Of a stretch of 64,000 nucleotides of DNA, positions 1-9,873 are shown one piece after another. The DNA is from Magnetococcus sp. DMHC-6. GTDB taxonomy: Bacteria > Pseudomonadota > Magnetococcia > Magnetococcales > JADFZT01. Position numbers and translations under genes: made by a program. The notes beneath the pieces are model-generated. The model did not search any database and was not told the origin of the DNA. It saw nothing but the letters and a program-made list of their open reading frames with translations. Numbering within the stretch: the first letter of the stretch is position 1; every line of letters starts with the position of its first letter. The stretch spans positions 25,462 through 89,461 of the forward strand of contig JAMOAW010000002.1 of assembly GCA_039908535.1 (NCBI GenBank), read 5' to 3'.

Positions 1-144
1 GTGATGCACGCAACTCTTTGTCCATTGCTGCGCAACTCTTCTCCATACTCCTCACCAATATGAGAGAGTGCCTTGATCAAAGAGGTCGTTTTGCCAGAAC
101 CGGCACCCGCGATCATTAAAAAGCTTTGCCTTTTTTTTAGACAT
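1..144 (-). CDS. UvrD/Rep-type SF1 helicase, first 48 codons only (gene runs off the left edge); GajB-like partner of the adjacent OLD nuclease
   Basis: Reverse strand from ATG 144..142 reads MSKKKAKLFLMIAGAGSGKTTSLIKALSHIGEEYGEELRSNGQRVACIT. Walker A GAGSGKT sits where UvrD/PcrA/Rep have it. The gene starts 45 nt after the OLD-like stop on the same strand. Confidence 0.6.
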
Positions 145-189
145 TCTCGTAGAGTGATATCTGCTTGGGTATCTGACCTGGATGCTCGA

Positions 190-2432
190 CTACTCATCAA
201 GAGTCTCCAAATTTACGGTTACATCTTGAATATTTTTTTGTTCTTCTTCTGAATTTTGTCTTAATTCCAATTCAAGCCACTTCAAACCCTCATCAATGTA
301 ATGAGGCACTTTCCAATTATTATGCTTATCATCATTATTCATCATAATCAGGTTAAGTGCAAACTCTGTTTTCTTGAATGTACGTGACCAAACACGATTA
401 AACAATGCTTTTGCTATATCATCTAACGATTTTTTTTTCGAAACGCTTAAATTTAGTTTTTTGCGTGAGGAATGCTGACACCAATCTAAATTTTCCAATG
501 CAAACATCTCTTCAAATGTACGACCTACCAATAGTTTACTGTTTCCTTCCCAGGAAATTAATTGGTTAGTTTGAAAGGCTATGCGAATTTTTTTTGTAAT
601 GATTTTTTCATCCTCTTTTAATGATAGAAGTTCTTCGATCTTTATTGTATTCAATAATAACTTTTCAATGGTTTTATTTGATGTTATAGCACCAGGTGTT
701 GTTGTTTGACATGTGCCTTTAGGTTTTTTAGTATTTCCTTCTCCCTTTTCGGTATCTGTATTTTTAACATGTTCATGGATGCTATCTAAATCTGTAATTA
801 TAAGTGTAATAATCCCCAAAAACTCAATTAAATCTCTAAAAATATGGGCAAATGCACCACCGACTTCTAGAATACTCAAATATCGGAATTGAAGATCTTT
901 AGCTACCTTTTCGATTATTAAAGGTAACAATAACCGTTCGACATTGCCCTCTACAAGAATGGCAGCATCTGCAAAAAATAGATCACAATGGGTAAGTTTC
1001 ATGTATCGAATGAGAAATGCTTTTTCATCTTCACCAGAATCTCCTTTTTTAAATTGTGCAAGATTCAATACTCGACTATGGGAACGACATTCTTTCGTCA
1101 CCTCACGACGAAAATATCGTATAGAAGAAAAACCAGTTTCATAGAGGATATGAGGAGAATGGGTGGTAACTACCAATTGTGTTGATAATGTTTCTCCTAT
1201 TGGCATATTCAGGCTCAATGCTTTAAATACTTGACGAATAAATACTTGTTGAAGTTGGACGTGAAGGTGAGCCTCTGGTTCTTCAATAATGATCAAATGG
1301 AGCGGAGGGGGGGCAGGTACTAACCTCTTTTCTTTATAGTCGAGCAATTCCAAAATCATGTAAATCATATTTTTGAACCCTAACCCATTGTATCTGTCCG
1401 GCAAAGTCATATCAGAATCGTTATTTGCATCTAATCCTGGAAGACTATAATGGACCTCTGCATTCTCCTTTAATACACTTTCTGAATAATGGTTGCCCGC
1501 ACATTAAGGCGTGGCATGGTCAGGTTGGGATGTCCCATCCCCATTTCTTCTAAAGCTTTAAAAGTTGGCCTAAAAACAGTTGAAAACATTGAATTTATTA
1601 TTTGCTCTGACTCATTAATGGCTTGCATAACTTTATAATTATTTACTTTTTCTTTGTTATGCTGTTTAAAAAAGCGGCTGAAAAGTTTTGATAGATTTTC
1701 TGAACGAACAGAAGAATGAGAGGATTCCTTATCCGTCAGATGCCTCTGTGCATCCATGACATCTACTCTAATAAGATTATTCAAGACTACTTTACATTTC
1801 TCCCCCGTCTCTTCAAGGAGCGGAAAAGGGGTATAGTTTTCCTTTTTCTTATGGCCCTCAAATTCGGCATGATCCAAAACATAATAGTGAATGGCATATG
1901 ACTCATAGAGTTGTTTTGACAAATAATCGCAAAGATTTTTAGGCCATGGATGAAAATCTGATGTTTTTTCCTTCTGGTGAATACTTATATTGTCTTTAGC
2001 TTCTTGGCTGGCATTTTTAAAATCTTCTAGCAGCTTTGTTACATTTTTTGGTTTCCACTGTAAGCGTACACCTATCTTAGTACCTGTCCATTCCAGGCTT
2101 GGTATTAGGTGGATAACATGACGTAAATCACTATCTACGATTTCAAACCACATATCCAGGGTGATACAGGGAAAATCATTCGAGTCCACCTCTTTATTTT
2201 TTAAAGCTTGGTCTCCAAGTCGGTTAAATTCCTTCCAACATGGCGCATAAAAATCATGAAGAGTAAATCGCTCCCCAGCAGAAGAGTCTTTTAAAAATGG
2301 AATAAGTACGTGAGTGGCTGAAGTTTTGCCACTATTATTAGCACCAACAAAAAAAGTTGTTTCCTTGTCCATTTCAATATGAACATCTTTTAATCGGCGA
2401 TAATTTTTAATATGAAGCGATTCAAGACGCAT
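190..2432 (-). pseudogene. OLD-family ABC-type ATPase + Toprim nuclease (class 2 OLD / Gabija GajA-like), reading frame broken once (ORFs 1470..2432 and 190..~1500)
   Basis: N-terminal ORF: MRLESLHIKNYRRL...GANNSGKTS (Walker A). C-terminal ORF: signature-like NGLGFKN, Walker B LHLIIIEEPEAHLH, Toprim Glu (ILVEGNVERLLLP) and DxD (IITDLDS). Both frames are open across ~1470-1500. A 1-nt indel there would join ...PRLNVR to GNHYSESVLKENAEVHYSLPG.... Confidence 0.7.
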
Positions 2433-2649
2433 TTTTTTTATCCATAGAGGTAATTGCAAAAACCGGTAAAAATGGAAATTTATGGACCTTTTGAATCACA
2501 AAGGATCGTAATTTAACGTCCTTTCTGGTATTATGTGTTTGCTAAAAACGATCATAAACACAAGAAAGGACGGAAGAAAATGAATAGTCTTCGAGATGGA
2601 TTATCGCTTATTTGGAACAGAATTCAAGGGTCATTATTTCCTGAGCTTA

Positions 2650-3658
2650 GAAAATTCGGTGACACAATACCAAGAAAATTCGGTGACACGAAAATTCGGT
2701 GACACGAAAATTCGGTGACACGAAAATTCGGTGACACAATACCTAATTGCTTTTTCAACACGAAAATTCGGTGACACAATACCTAATTGCTTTTTCACAC
2801 GAACACGAAAATTCGGTGACACAATACCTCACGAAAATTCGGTGACACAATACCTAATTGCTTTTTCACACGAACACGAAAATTCGGTGACACAATACCT
2901 AATTGCTTTTTCGAAAATTCGGTGACACAATACCTAATTGCTTTTTCACACGAAATTTCGGTGACACAACGAAATTTCGGTGACACAATATATAATTGCT
3001 CGACGAAATTTCGATGACACAATATATCACGAAATTTCGGTGACAAAAATTTCGGTGACACAATACCTACAAAAATTTCGGTGACATACAAAAATTTCGG
3101 TGACACAATACCTAATTGCTTTTTCCATAAAAATTTCGGTGACAAATAAAAATTTCGGTGACACTAAATTTCGGTGACAAACACTAAATTTCGGTGACAC
3201 AATACCTAAATAAAAATTTCCACTAAATTTCAATAAAAATTTCGGTGACACAATACCTAATTGCTTTTTCCAAATAAAATACCTAAATAAAAATTTCGGT
3301 GACACAATACCTAATAAAAATTTCGGTGACACAATACCTAATTGCTTTTTCCAAATAAAAATTTCAATAAAAATTTCGGTGACACAATACCTAATTGCTT
3401 TTTCCAAATATAAAAATTTCGGTGACACAATACCTAATTGCTTTTTCCAAATACAATAAAAATTTCGGTGAATACCTAATTGCTTTTTCCAAATAAAAAT
3501 TTCGGTGACAAATAAAAATTTCGACACAATACCTTAAAAATTTCGGTGACACAATACCTAATTGCTTTTTCCAAGCACTAAAAATTTCGGTGACATAAAA
3601 ATTTCCAAATTTCGGTGACACCAAATTTCGGTGACACAATACCTAATTGCTTTTTCCA
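2650..3658 (+). repeat. Nested ('stuttered') tandem array of a ~36-bp unit (A)AAAT(T)TCGGTGACACAATACCTAATTGCTTTTTC(C)
   Basis: By eye there are about 32 copies of the core TTCGGTGA. 13 of them run the full length through AATACCTAATTGCTTTTTC. The rest stop early (after GACA, GACAC, ...AATACC) and restart at the same 5' point. Unit flanks drift along the array (CACGAAAATTCGG, then CGAAATTTCGG, then ATAAAAATTTCGG). Confidence 0.95.
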
Positions 3659-4109
3659 AGGGAATTCCCGCATGTCACCAGAATTCCCGCAGATTTCTCT
3701 CTACCTGCTGAAAGCGGCGTTTCAGAAAGCCAAGCACTGAAAGATCTGTTCGAGGGAAAACTGCCTGCCTTCATGACACAGCCCTAAGTGCTGACTGGTC
3801 ACATCTATTCGCCCCTTCTGCCGATTTGGCAGGGTGGTGCTGAAGTTACCGGCGTAGAAAGGTATTTCTACTGGAGGCTGTGCATCGTCCGCCGCTATCC
3901 TGACGGCTTCTGTAACTGATTTTCTTGAAGACTGCCTATTTGTAATCGTATTTTAAGATACAGACCCGTTTTTTGAGAACCACCCCCATTTTGACCACAC
4001 CCCCGACATCTCAAACAATTCTCTTGAAAATTACCGACAATGTAACTATATTTTTAATATAAAGACTCTTTCTAATCATTTTTTGAGAGCCGTAACGATT
4101 TTTTGAGGT

Positions 4110-5621
4110 GTGATGACATTGGACACGGCACAGAACCGGCTGGCAGGCTATGCGTTTCTGATAGAGCAATACGAGTTGAATACTTTGCCGAACTGGCACA
4201 CCTCCTCAGTCAGCCCGATGGGGACGCTACGCTCGACTATTCAGGATGGGCAGGTGGAATCCGTCTATCCCCACTCCTATTGGCCCGGAGACGGAACGGG
4301 AGACCATCTGGAGTTCGCCCTCAAGTATGACGGTGTCAATCTTGGTATCCTGTCGGCCCTTTTCGACGTGGTTCCAGCAGACGAGATAGCGGCCTGGATC
4401 AGCTCGAAACCAACCGGGAAATACGCCCGCAGGATCTGGTTCCTGTATGAATTCCTGACCGGACGGAAACTTCCGCTGCCGAATCTGATCAAGGGGAATT
4501 ACATTGAGCTGCTTGAGTCGAACCGTTACTACACCACAGCACCCGGTCGTCGCATGCAGCGTCAGAGAGTCATCGACAATCTGCTTGGCGGGAAAGATTT
4601 CTCTCCCATCATCCGGCGCACCGAAAAGCTCGCCGTCATGGAAGGACTCGACCTGCAGAAACGGTGCGAAGAGGTCGTGACCTCCTATCCACCGGAGCTC
4701 CTCAGACGGGCACTAAGCTACCTGTATAACAAAGAGACCAAATCCTCATTCGAGATCGAACACATCAAGCCGAGTGCCTCCCGGATAGAGAAATTCATCG
4801 GCTTGCTGGAGATGGCCGAGCACAGAGACTTTTGCGAGAAGCCTCTCCTGATCGACGTGCAGAACCGCATCGTCGATCCCCGATTTCAAGACACGGACTA
4901 CCGGGCCAACCAGAATTATGTCGGTCAGACTATTTCCTACCAGAAGCAGCTCGTTCACTATGTCTGCCCGAAGCCCGACGACCTCCCGGAACTGATGGCG
5001 GGACTACTCGCTGCCCATCAAGTGATGAAGGAGGGCGCGGTCCCCGCCATTATCCATGCCGCCGCCATCTCCTACGGATTCCTCTTCATGCATCCCTTTG
5101 AGGATGGCAACGGCCGTATTCACCGGTTTCTCATTCACAATATTCTGTTCCTGCGCGGCGAGATCCCGAAAGGGCTCATGTTCCCGGTCTCCGCCGCCAT
5201 GCTGAAAAATATGGCACTTTACGATCACTCCCTGAAGGCGTTCTCAAACCCGCTGATGCGGCTGGTTGAATACGACCTGGACGATCTCGGCCAAATGACC
5301 GTGCCGGATGTGACCGGACCTCTGTACAGGTACATCGACATGACCGCTCAGGCGGAGGCGTTGTATGATTTCATCAAGCTCACCATTGAGCACGAACTGT
5401 TGGAAGAACTCGATTTTCTGGCGAATTACGACAAGACCAAGCAGGCCATTCAGGAAATCGTGGACATGCCTGACCGACTCATTGATCTTTTTATCCAGCT
5501 CTGCCTGCAAAACAATGGTCGCCTTTCGGCGAAAAAGAGGGAATCGCATTTCGGGTTTCTGACCGATGACGAGTTGGCCGACATGGAAAATTCCGCCCGG
5601 GAAGGATACGCGAGGGAGTGA
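4110..5621 (+). CDS. Fic/DOC family protein (AMPylase-type fold) with long N-terminal extension
   Basis: Canonical Fic motif HPFEDGNGRIHRFL in a 503-aa ORF. GTG 4110 / ATG 4113 start. The surrounding 3660-5650 segment is visibly more GC-rich than both flanks. Confidence 0.85.
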   Translation: MMTLDTAQNRLAGYAFLIEQYELNTLPNWHTSSVSPMGTLRSTIQDGQVESVYPHSYWPGDGTGDHLEFALKYDGVNLGILSALFDVVPADEIAAWISSKPTGKYARRIWFLYEFLTGRKLPLPNLIKGNYIELLESNRYYTTAPGRRMQRQRVIDNLLGGKDFSPIIRRTEKLAVMEGLDLQKRCEEVVTSYPPELLRRALSYLYNKETKSSFEIEHIKPSASRIEKFIGLLEMAEHRDFCEKPLLIDVQNRIVDPRFQDTDYRANQNYVGQTISYQKQLVHYVCPKPDDLPELMAGLLAAHQVMKEGAVPAIIHAAAISYGFLFMHPFEDGNGRIHRFLIHNILFLRGEIPKGLMFPVSAAMLKNMALYDHSLKAFSNPLMRLVEYDLDDLGQMTVPDVTGPLYRYIDMTAQAEALYDFIKLTIEHELLEELDFLANYDKTKQAIQEIVDMPDRLIDLFIQLCLQNNGRLSAKKRESHFGFLTDDELADMENSAREGYARE

Positions 5622-5707
5622 GCTTCCAGGAACTCGTCAAAGTCGGTTGGAACCATGGGTTACAGGCCCCCAGGAGGGGGAGAGTTTTCCAGGGTTTTGC
5701 TGCGAAG

Positions 5708-5918
5708 GGTACCACCACATTTAAGTGTGGACGATGAACGAGTGTGAACAAAAAGCAAAGTCAAGACCTTGGGGGATTGCATCCCCCAATCCCCCCTGCT
5801 TTTTGAAGGAAGCAAAACCGAGGTCAAAAGCAAGACCCTGGGGGCAATCCCCCAGACCCCTTTTTTTTTAAAGAATAAAATCAAAAAACAGACGACCACG
5901 GTTAAGTGTGGTGGTACC
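5708..5918. mobile_element. MITE family 1, copy A (~211 bp, imperfect ~23-bp terminal inverted repeats GGTACCACCACATTTAAGTGTGG / CCACGGTTAAGTGTGGTGGTACC)
   Basis: Same element as 56939..57155 in the opposite orientation. Its interior carries two GGGGG-N6-CCCCC hairpin modules shared with the REP family. It lies between the convergent 3' ends of fic and lptG. Confidence 0.8.
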
Positions 5919-5968
5919 TGAAAAAGAGGGTCTGGAGGATTTGTTCCCCATGGTTTTATTTCTATTTT

Positions 5969-7060
5969 TCAATGCCCCCGATGTGGATTGGCCAAATGTA
6001 GCAAAAGAAATCCGCCGATACCGCTAAAAAAGGCCACCGGCGCCCAAGCGGCCAAAAGAGGGGGGAGTCGGCCTCCCATGCCTAAGGCGGCGGTGATGTC
6101 AGTGACGATAAACATGGCAAAACCGGCCAGCAAGCCCATGAGCAAAGAACGGGTAGTTCCCCCCATACGTTGCAGGCGCAAAGAGAAGGGAAAGGCCAGT
6201 AGCACAGCGGCTAAGGTGGCAGCGGGATCGGAGAGTTTACGGTGTAACATCACCCGGTGCGTGGTGGTATCGTACCCCTCTTGCTCTAGGCGTTCCGCTT
6301 GGCGGCGCAGTTCGGAGAAGGTGAGAAACTCGGGCTGAGGGGTGGTTTTGGAGAGTTCGTCGATGTGTATATCCACGGTTAAGGTCAATTGGCTAAATTT
6401 TTTGGGATCGGTGCTACCATCTTGCGGATAGGAAATACCATTAATGAGGGTCCATTGCTCTTTGTTTTGCCATTCCATTTTTTGGGCATCAAGACGGTTG
6501 ATCAATCGATTTTGAGCATCGAATTGAAAGATGGTGACATCCAATAGGGCTTGATTGGTTGGAACGACTTGTTCAGCATGGATAATTTGGTGTTCCGCTT
6601 TAAACCAAACTTGATTTTGAAAATTGGTATGTTGGTTTATTTTATTTTTAATATAATTTTCAGTTTGATCAGCGGCTTGACTGGTTCTTGGGACGATAAG
6701 ATCTTGAACGACAATTTGCCCACTGGCCAGCACCAACCCACCGAGCATAAAAGGGATCAAAATACGATAGATCGGAATACCACTGGCGCGCATAATGGTA
6801 ATTTCATTGTCTCGCGCCAATTTTGTCAAAACAACCAATGTGGCCAATAGGGCGATAGAGGGTAAAAAATGGATTACAAAGCCTGGAGCCCGAAAGATCA
6901 TAAGCAGCCCCCAATCTGGCCAGTTAAAGTTTACTTGGTTGCCGAAGCGACGAATACTCTCCACGCCATCCATCAATAAAAATAAACCGATAAAAATACC
7001 CGTGATATGCAAACAGCCGATCAAAAAGAGGGTAAGAAGATAGTTAAACAGTAAGGGCAT
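5969..7060 (-). CDS. lptG: LPS export ABC permease LptG
   Basis: 363-aa polytopic membrane ORF of YjgP/YjgQ type, directly downstream of lptF. The lptFG pair lies divergent from pepA, as in many proteobacteria. Confidence 0.8.
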   Translation of the reverse strand: MPLLFNYLLTLFLIGCLHITGIFIGLFLLMDGVESIRRFGNQVNFNWPDWGLLMIFRAPGFVIHFLPSIALLATLVVLTKLARDNEITIMRASGIPIYRILIPFMLGGLVLASGQIVVQDLIVPRTSQAADQTENYIKNKINQHTNFQNQVWFKAEHQIIHAEQVVPTNQALLDVTIFQFDAQNRLINRLDAQKMEWQNKEQWTLINGISYPQDGSTDPKKFSQLTLTVDIHIDELSKTTPQPEFLTFSELRRQAERLEQEGYDTTTHRVMLHRKLSDPAATLAAVLLAFPFSLRLQRMGGTTRSLLMGLLAGFAMFIVTDITAALGMGGRLPPLLAAWAPVAFFSGIGGFLLLHLANPHRGH

Positions 7061-7096
7061 GGTCGGTTTTCTTTAGGACAAAGACGGTCAACAGGG

Positions 7097-8278
7097 TCAT
7101 GGTCTGATTTTTTGAAAAGAGGCATCTGGGCGCAACAATCTTCTGGGTAGAGTGGGTAAAATTTGGGTCAGCCAGAGAATGATTTTAAAGGTGCGTCCTT
7201 GGTTGGTAACTTTTATAATGTACAGGGTTAGAAGAGTCATCAGTAGGTTTGGTGACCAGAATCCGATGAGAGGATCCACAGTTTTTTTGTAGGTCATGGC
7301 TTCCCCCAGGCCAAGTAAAAGAAAGTGGAGAATCAAAATGAAAATGGCGATGACAAATCCATAGCCTCGTCCAGAACGGTGCGATTGCTGAATTCCCATG
7401 GGGATGGCCAGTATTCCCAAAATAAAAGTAGCGGCTGGAATGGCCATCCGACGGTGCCACACAATGCGTGCCTCGTGGGAGCGTTCGGAATTTTTATCGT
7501 GGGTGGCCAAGGTGAGTTGTTCGGCGTCGAGTTGTTGGAGCTTTTCTCGTCCTTCTTTAAATTGAATCCCAAGGGTGATGCCCAGATTGAGATCGTAGGA
7601 GTCAAAGTTTAATAATTGAAAATTGCCGTTGCTAAATTTTTGGTGGCGACCGCCATGTTCCAGCAATAGAGCGGTCTCCCCATCAGAAGAAAGATGTAAC
7701 AGGCCCTTTTGCGCCGTAAGGGTAATGGGATTTTTTGGGTCACGGCGGTCATGTACCAACAATCCGTGCAGTTGTTTGCCTTTAGGATCTTGTGCTTGCA
7801 CATAGATGGTAAGATTGGGTATCGTTTGATTGAAGGTTTGTGGTTTAATCGCTAAGGTCGCGGTGGAAATAAGAGCGTTTTTCAATCGAAAAAATTGATA
7901 TGAAGAGAGCGGGGTCGCCACCCATGTCAGCCAGAGAGAGAGAAGTGTCGCGCTGATGACAAGAATTGAAATAGGTCGAACAATCTGGTAAAGACTGGTA
8001 CCACACGCCTGCATGACGACCAGTTCACTGTCTTGGGAGAGACGCCCCAAGGCCATTAAAATTCCAATGAGCAGCGCAATGGGAAGGGTAATCGACAAAA
8101 TTTTTGGAATTAACATCACGGTCATCTCACCGAGAATCACAACAGAGACCCCTTTATTGACCCATAGATCCACCAAATTGAGAACCTGGGGCAATAAAAT
8201 GACAAAAGTCAGCACCCCCACCGCGAGAAGAGTGGAATGGGTGCATTCTTTAAAGAGGTAGCGAGATAGGCATTTCAT
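7097..8278 (-). CDS. lptF: LPS export ABC permease LptF
   Basis: Start chosen at MKCLSRYLFKECTHSTLLAVGVLTFVILLPQV (ATG 8278). The longer ORF reaching 8689 would run antisense through pepA and is low-complexity. Confidence 0.8.
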   Translation of the reverse strand: MKCLSRYLFKECTHSTLLAVGVLTFVILLPQVLNLVDLWVNKGVSVVILGEMTVMLIPKILSITLPIALLIGILMALGRLSQDSELVVMQACGTSLYQIVRPISILVISATLLSLWLTWVATPLSSYQFFRLKNALISTATLAIKPQTFNQTIPNLTIYVQAQDPKGKQLHGLLVHDRRDPKNPITLTAQKGLLHLSSDGETALLLEHGGRHQKFSNGNFQLLNFDSYDLNLGITLGIQFKEGREKLQQLDAEQLTLATHDKNSERSHEARIVWHRRMAIPAATFILGILAIPMGIQQSHRSGRGYGFVIAIFILILHFLLLGLGEAMTYKKTVDPLIGFWSPNLLMTLLTLYIIKVTNQGRTFKIILWLTQILPTLPRRLLRPDASFQKIRP

Positions 8279-8327
8279 TATTTCACATTGTATCAACACC
8301 TGATCCAGTAGGGAACGCTTCCATTGG

Positions 8328-9872
8328 ATGGAGATAAAAAAAATGGCAAAAAGTAAAGATTCTTTGGAGGTAGATTTATATTTTGGCCCCGTTTCTGGAT
8401 GGCGAGGGGATGCCTTGATTGCTGGCATCTTTGAAAATGGCGAACCACAAGCGGCCTTAAAGCAGTGTTCAACCGCGATCAACGAAAAGGTGAAGCGGCT
8501 TATTGAGGCGGGTTGGATGACCGGACGCAGCGGTGAAAGCATGACGGTGGCTTTGGAGGCCGACAGCGGGCTGTTAGCCGCACGGTTGGTTTTGGTGGGT
8601 TTGGGTAAAAAAGAGTCGGTGAGCGCGGAGTCCTTGCGCCTTTTGGGGGGCACTTTGGTGGATTTAGCCCGCAAAACCGGTATCGTCACCGCGTGCTGTT
8701 TGCTTCCTTTGGATAAAATGGGCCATATCGGTCGCCAAAAAGGGGTATGTGCCCTGGCAGAAGGGATCTGGTTGGGAGCATATCGGTTTCAATCCTATCG
8801 TTCGGAAGAGAGTAAAAACAAAGAGCTAAATCCCTTAAAGAGCCTTTTTTTGGCTGCTCTTGAAAAGAGTGCCAGCGTGCGACAAAAATTATTTCGAGTA
8901 GAGCAGACCTGTCGGGGGGTCTATTTGGCCCGAGATTTGTGCAATCATCCCGCCAATGTCGTCACACCAGAATATTTGGCCCAAAGCGCACGGGAAATGG
9001 GAGAACGATTGGGGATAAAAGTGACTGTTTTTTGTGAAAAATCTCTGCAACGCCGCCATATGAATGGCATTTTGGCGGTCGGCAGTGGCAGTGCCAATCC
9101 CCCCCGCTTAATCACCTTGGAGTATCGCAAAGGAGAGAAAAGAGCACCTTTAGTGGTGGTCGGCAAGGCGATCACCTTTGATTCTGGAGGAATTTCCCTT
9201 AAGCCGGCTGAAAATATGGATCAAATGAAAATGGATATGAGCGGTGGGGCAGCGGTGTTGGGATTTATGCAGGCCATCGCCGAAATGGGGTTGGATATCC
9301 ATGTCATTGGTGTGATTCCCGCCGCCGAAAATATGCCTTCCGGCACGGCGCAGCGGCCAGGGGATATCATCCGTTCCGCCAAAGGATTGTATATAGAGGT
9401 CCTCAATACCGATGCCGAGGGTCGCTTGATTTTGGCCGATGCCCTGCATTATGCCGAAAGCTTTGAACCGGGTGCCATCATTGATTTGGCCACTTTGACC
9501 GGTGCTTGTGTCGTGGCTTTGGGGAATGTAACTTCTGGCATGTTAGGCAACAACAAGCCGTTACTCAAGGCGTTGCAGAAAGCGGGAAAACAGTCTGGAG
9601 AAAGGGTCTGGCCCCTGCCAATGTTTGATGAATATCAAGAATTGCTTAAATCAACGGTAGCCGATGTGCGCAATATCGGGGATAAAACCGCTGGAGCCAT
9701 TACAGCAGCCTGTTTTCTTTCGCGATTTATCGAGTCCAATCGCCCTTGGGCCCACATTGATATTGCTGGAACCGCTTGGGACAGCAGCGGCAAGCGTGCC
9801 TATGTTCCCAAGGGTTCAGTGGGGGTCGGAGTGCGCTTGTTGTGTCGTTATGTTTTGAAAAATTTACACTAA
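8328..9872 (+). CDS. pepA: Leucyl aminopeptidase (M17)
   Basis: M17 signature NTDAEGRLILADAL and VGKAITFDSGG. 514 aa (alternative start at 8343). Confidence 0.92.
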   Translation: MEIKKMAKSKDSLEVDLYFGPVSGWRGDALIAGIFENGEPQAALKQCSTAINEKVKRLIEAGWMTGRSGESMTVALEADSGLLAARLVLVGLGKKESVSAESLRLLGGTLVDLARKTGIVTACCLLPLDKMGHIGRQKGVCALAEGIWLGAYRFQSYRSEESKNKELNPLKSLFLAALEKSASVRQKLFRVEQTCRGVYLARDLCNHPANVVTPEYLAQSAREMGERLGIKVTVFCEKSLQRRHMNGILAVGSGSANPPRLITLEYRKGEKRAPLVVVGKAITFDSGGISLKPAENMDQMKMDMSGGAAVLGFMQAIAEMGLDIHVIGVIPAAENMPSGTAQRPGDIIRSAKGLYIEVLNTDAEGRLILADALHYAESFEPGAIIDLATLTGACVVALGNVTSGMLGNNKPLLKALQKAGKQSGERVWPLPMFDEYQELLKSTVADVRNIGDKTAGAITAACFLSRFIESNRPWAHIDIAGTAWDSSGKRAYVPKGSVGVGVRLLCRYVLKNLH

Positions 9873-9873
9873 T

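Noticed and set aside
1470-1500. Programmed ribosomal frameshift or two-gene PARIS-like split (AriA/AriB) for the OLD locus
   Set aside because: The break falls inside the ATPase domain: Walker A is in one ORF, and the signature and Walker B are in the other. It does not fall between the ATPase and Toprim modules, and no slippery heptamer is evident. A simple indel is more likely.
2634-3639. Several 60-170-aa ORFs on both strands across the repeat array (VSPKFL.., KKQLGIVSPKF.., TQYLIAFS..)
   Set aside because: They are translations of the tandem unit in shifting frames, interrupted by the truncated copies. They have no start context and no consistent frame, so they are treated as non-coding repeat.
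2650-3658. CRISPR array
   Set aside because: Units abut directly or are truncated. There are no unique spacers of regular length and no cas genes in the window.
5450-5899. ORFs 5450..5656, 5491..5751 and 5660..5899 (minus strand)
   Set aside because: They are antisense to the fic 3' end or lie inside MITE copy A. Pro/Gly-rich peptides of this kind recur wherever the repeat occurs.
8279-8689. 137-codon N-terminal extension of the LptF ORF
   Set aside because: It is low-complexity and basic, runs antisense through the pepA 5' region, and the LptF family N-terminus (MKCLSRYLFKE..) begins at 8278.
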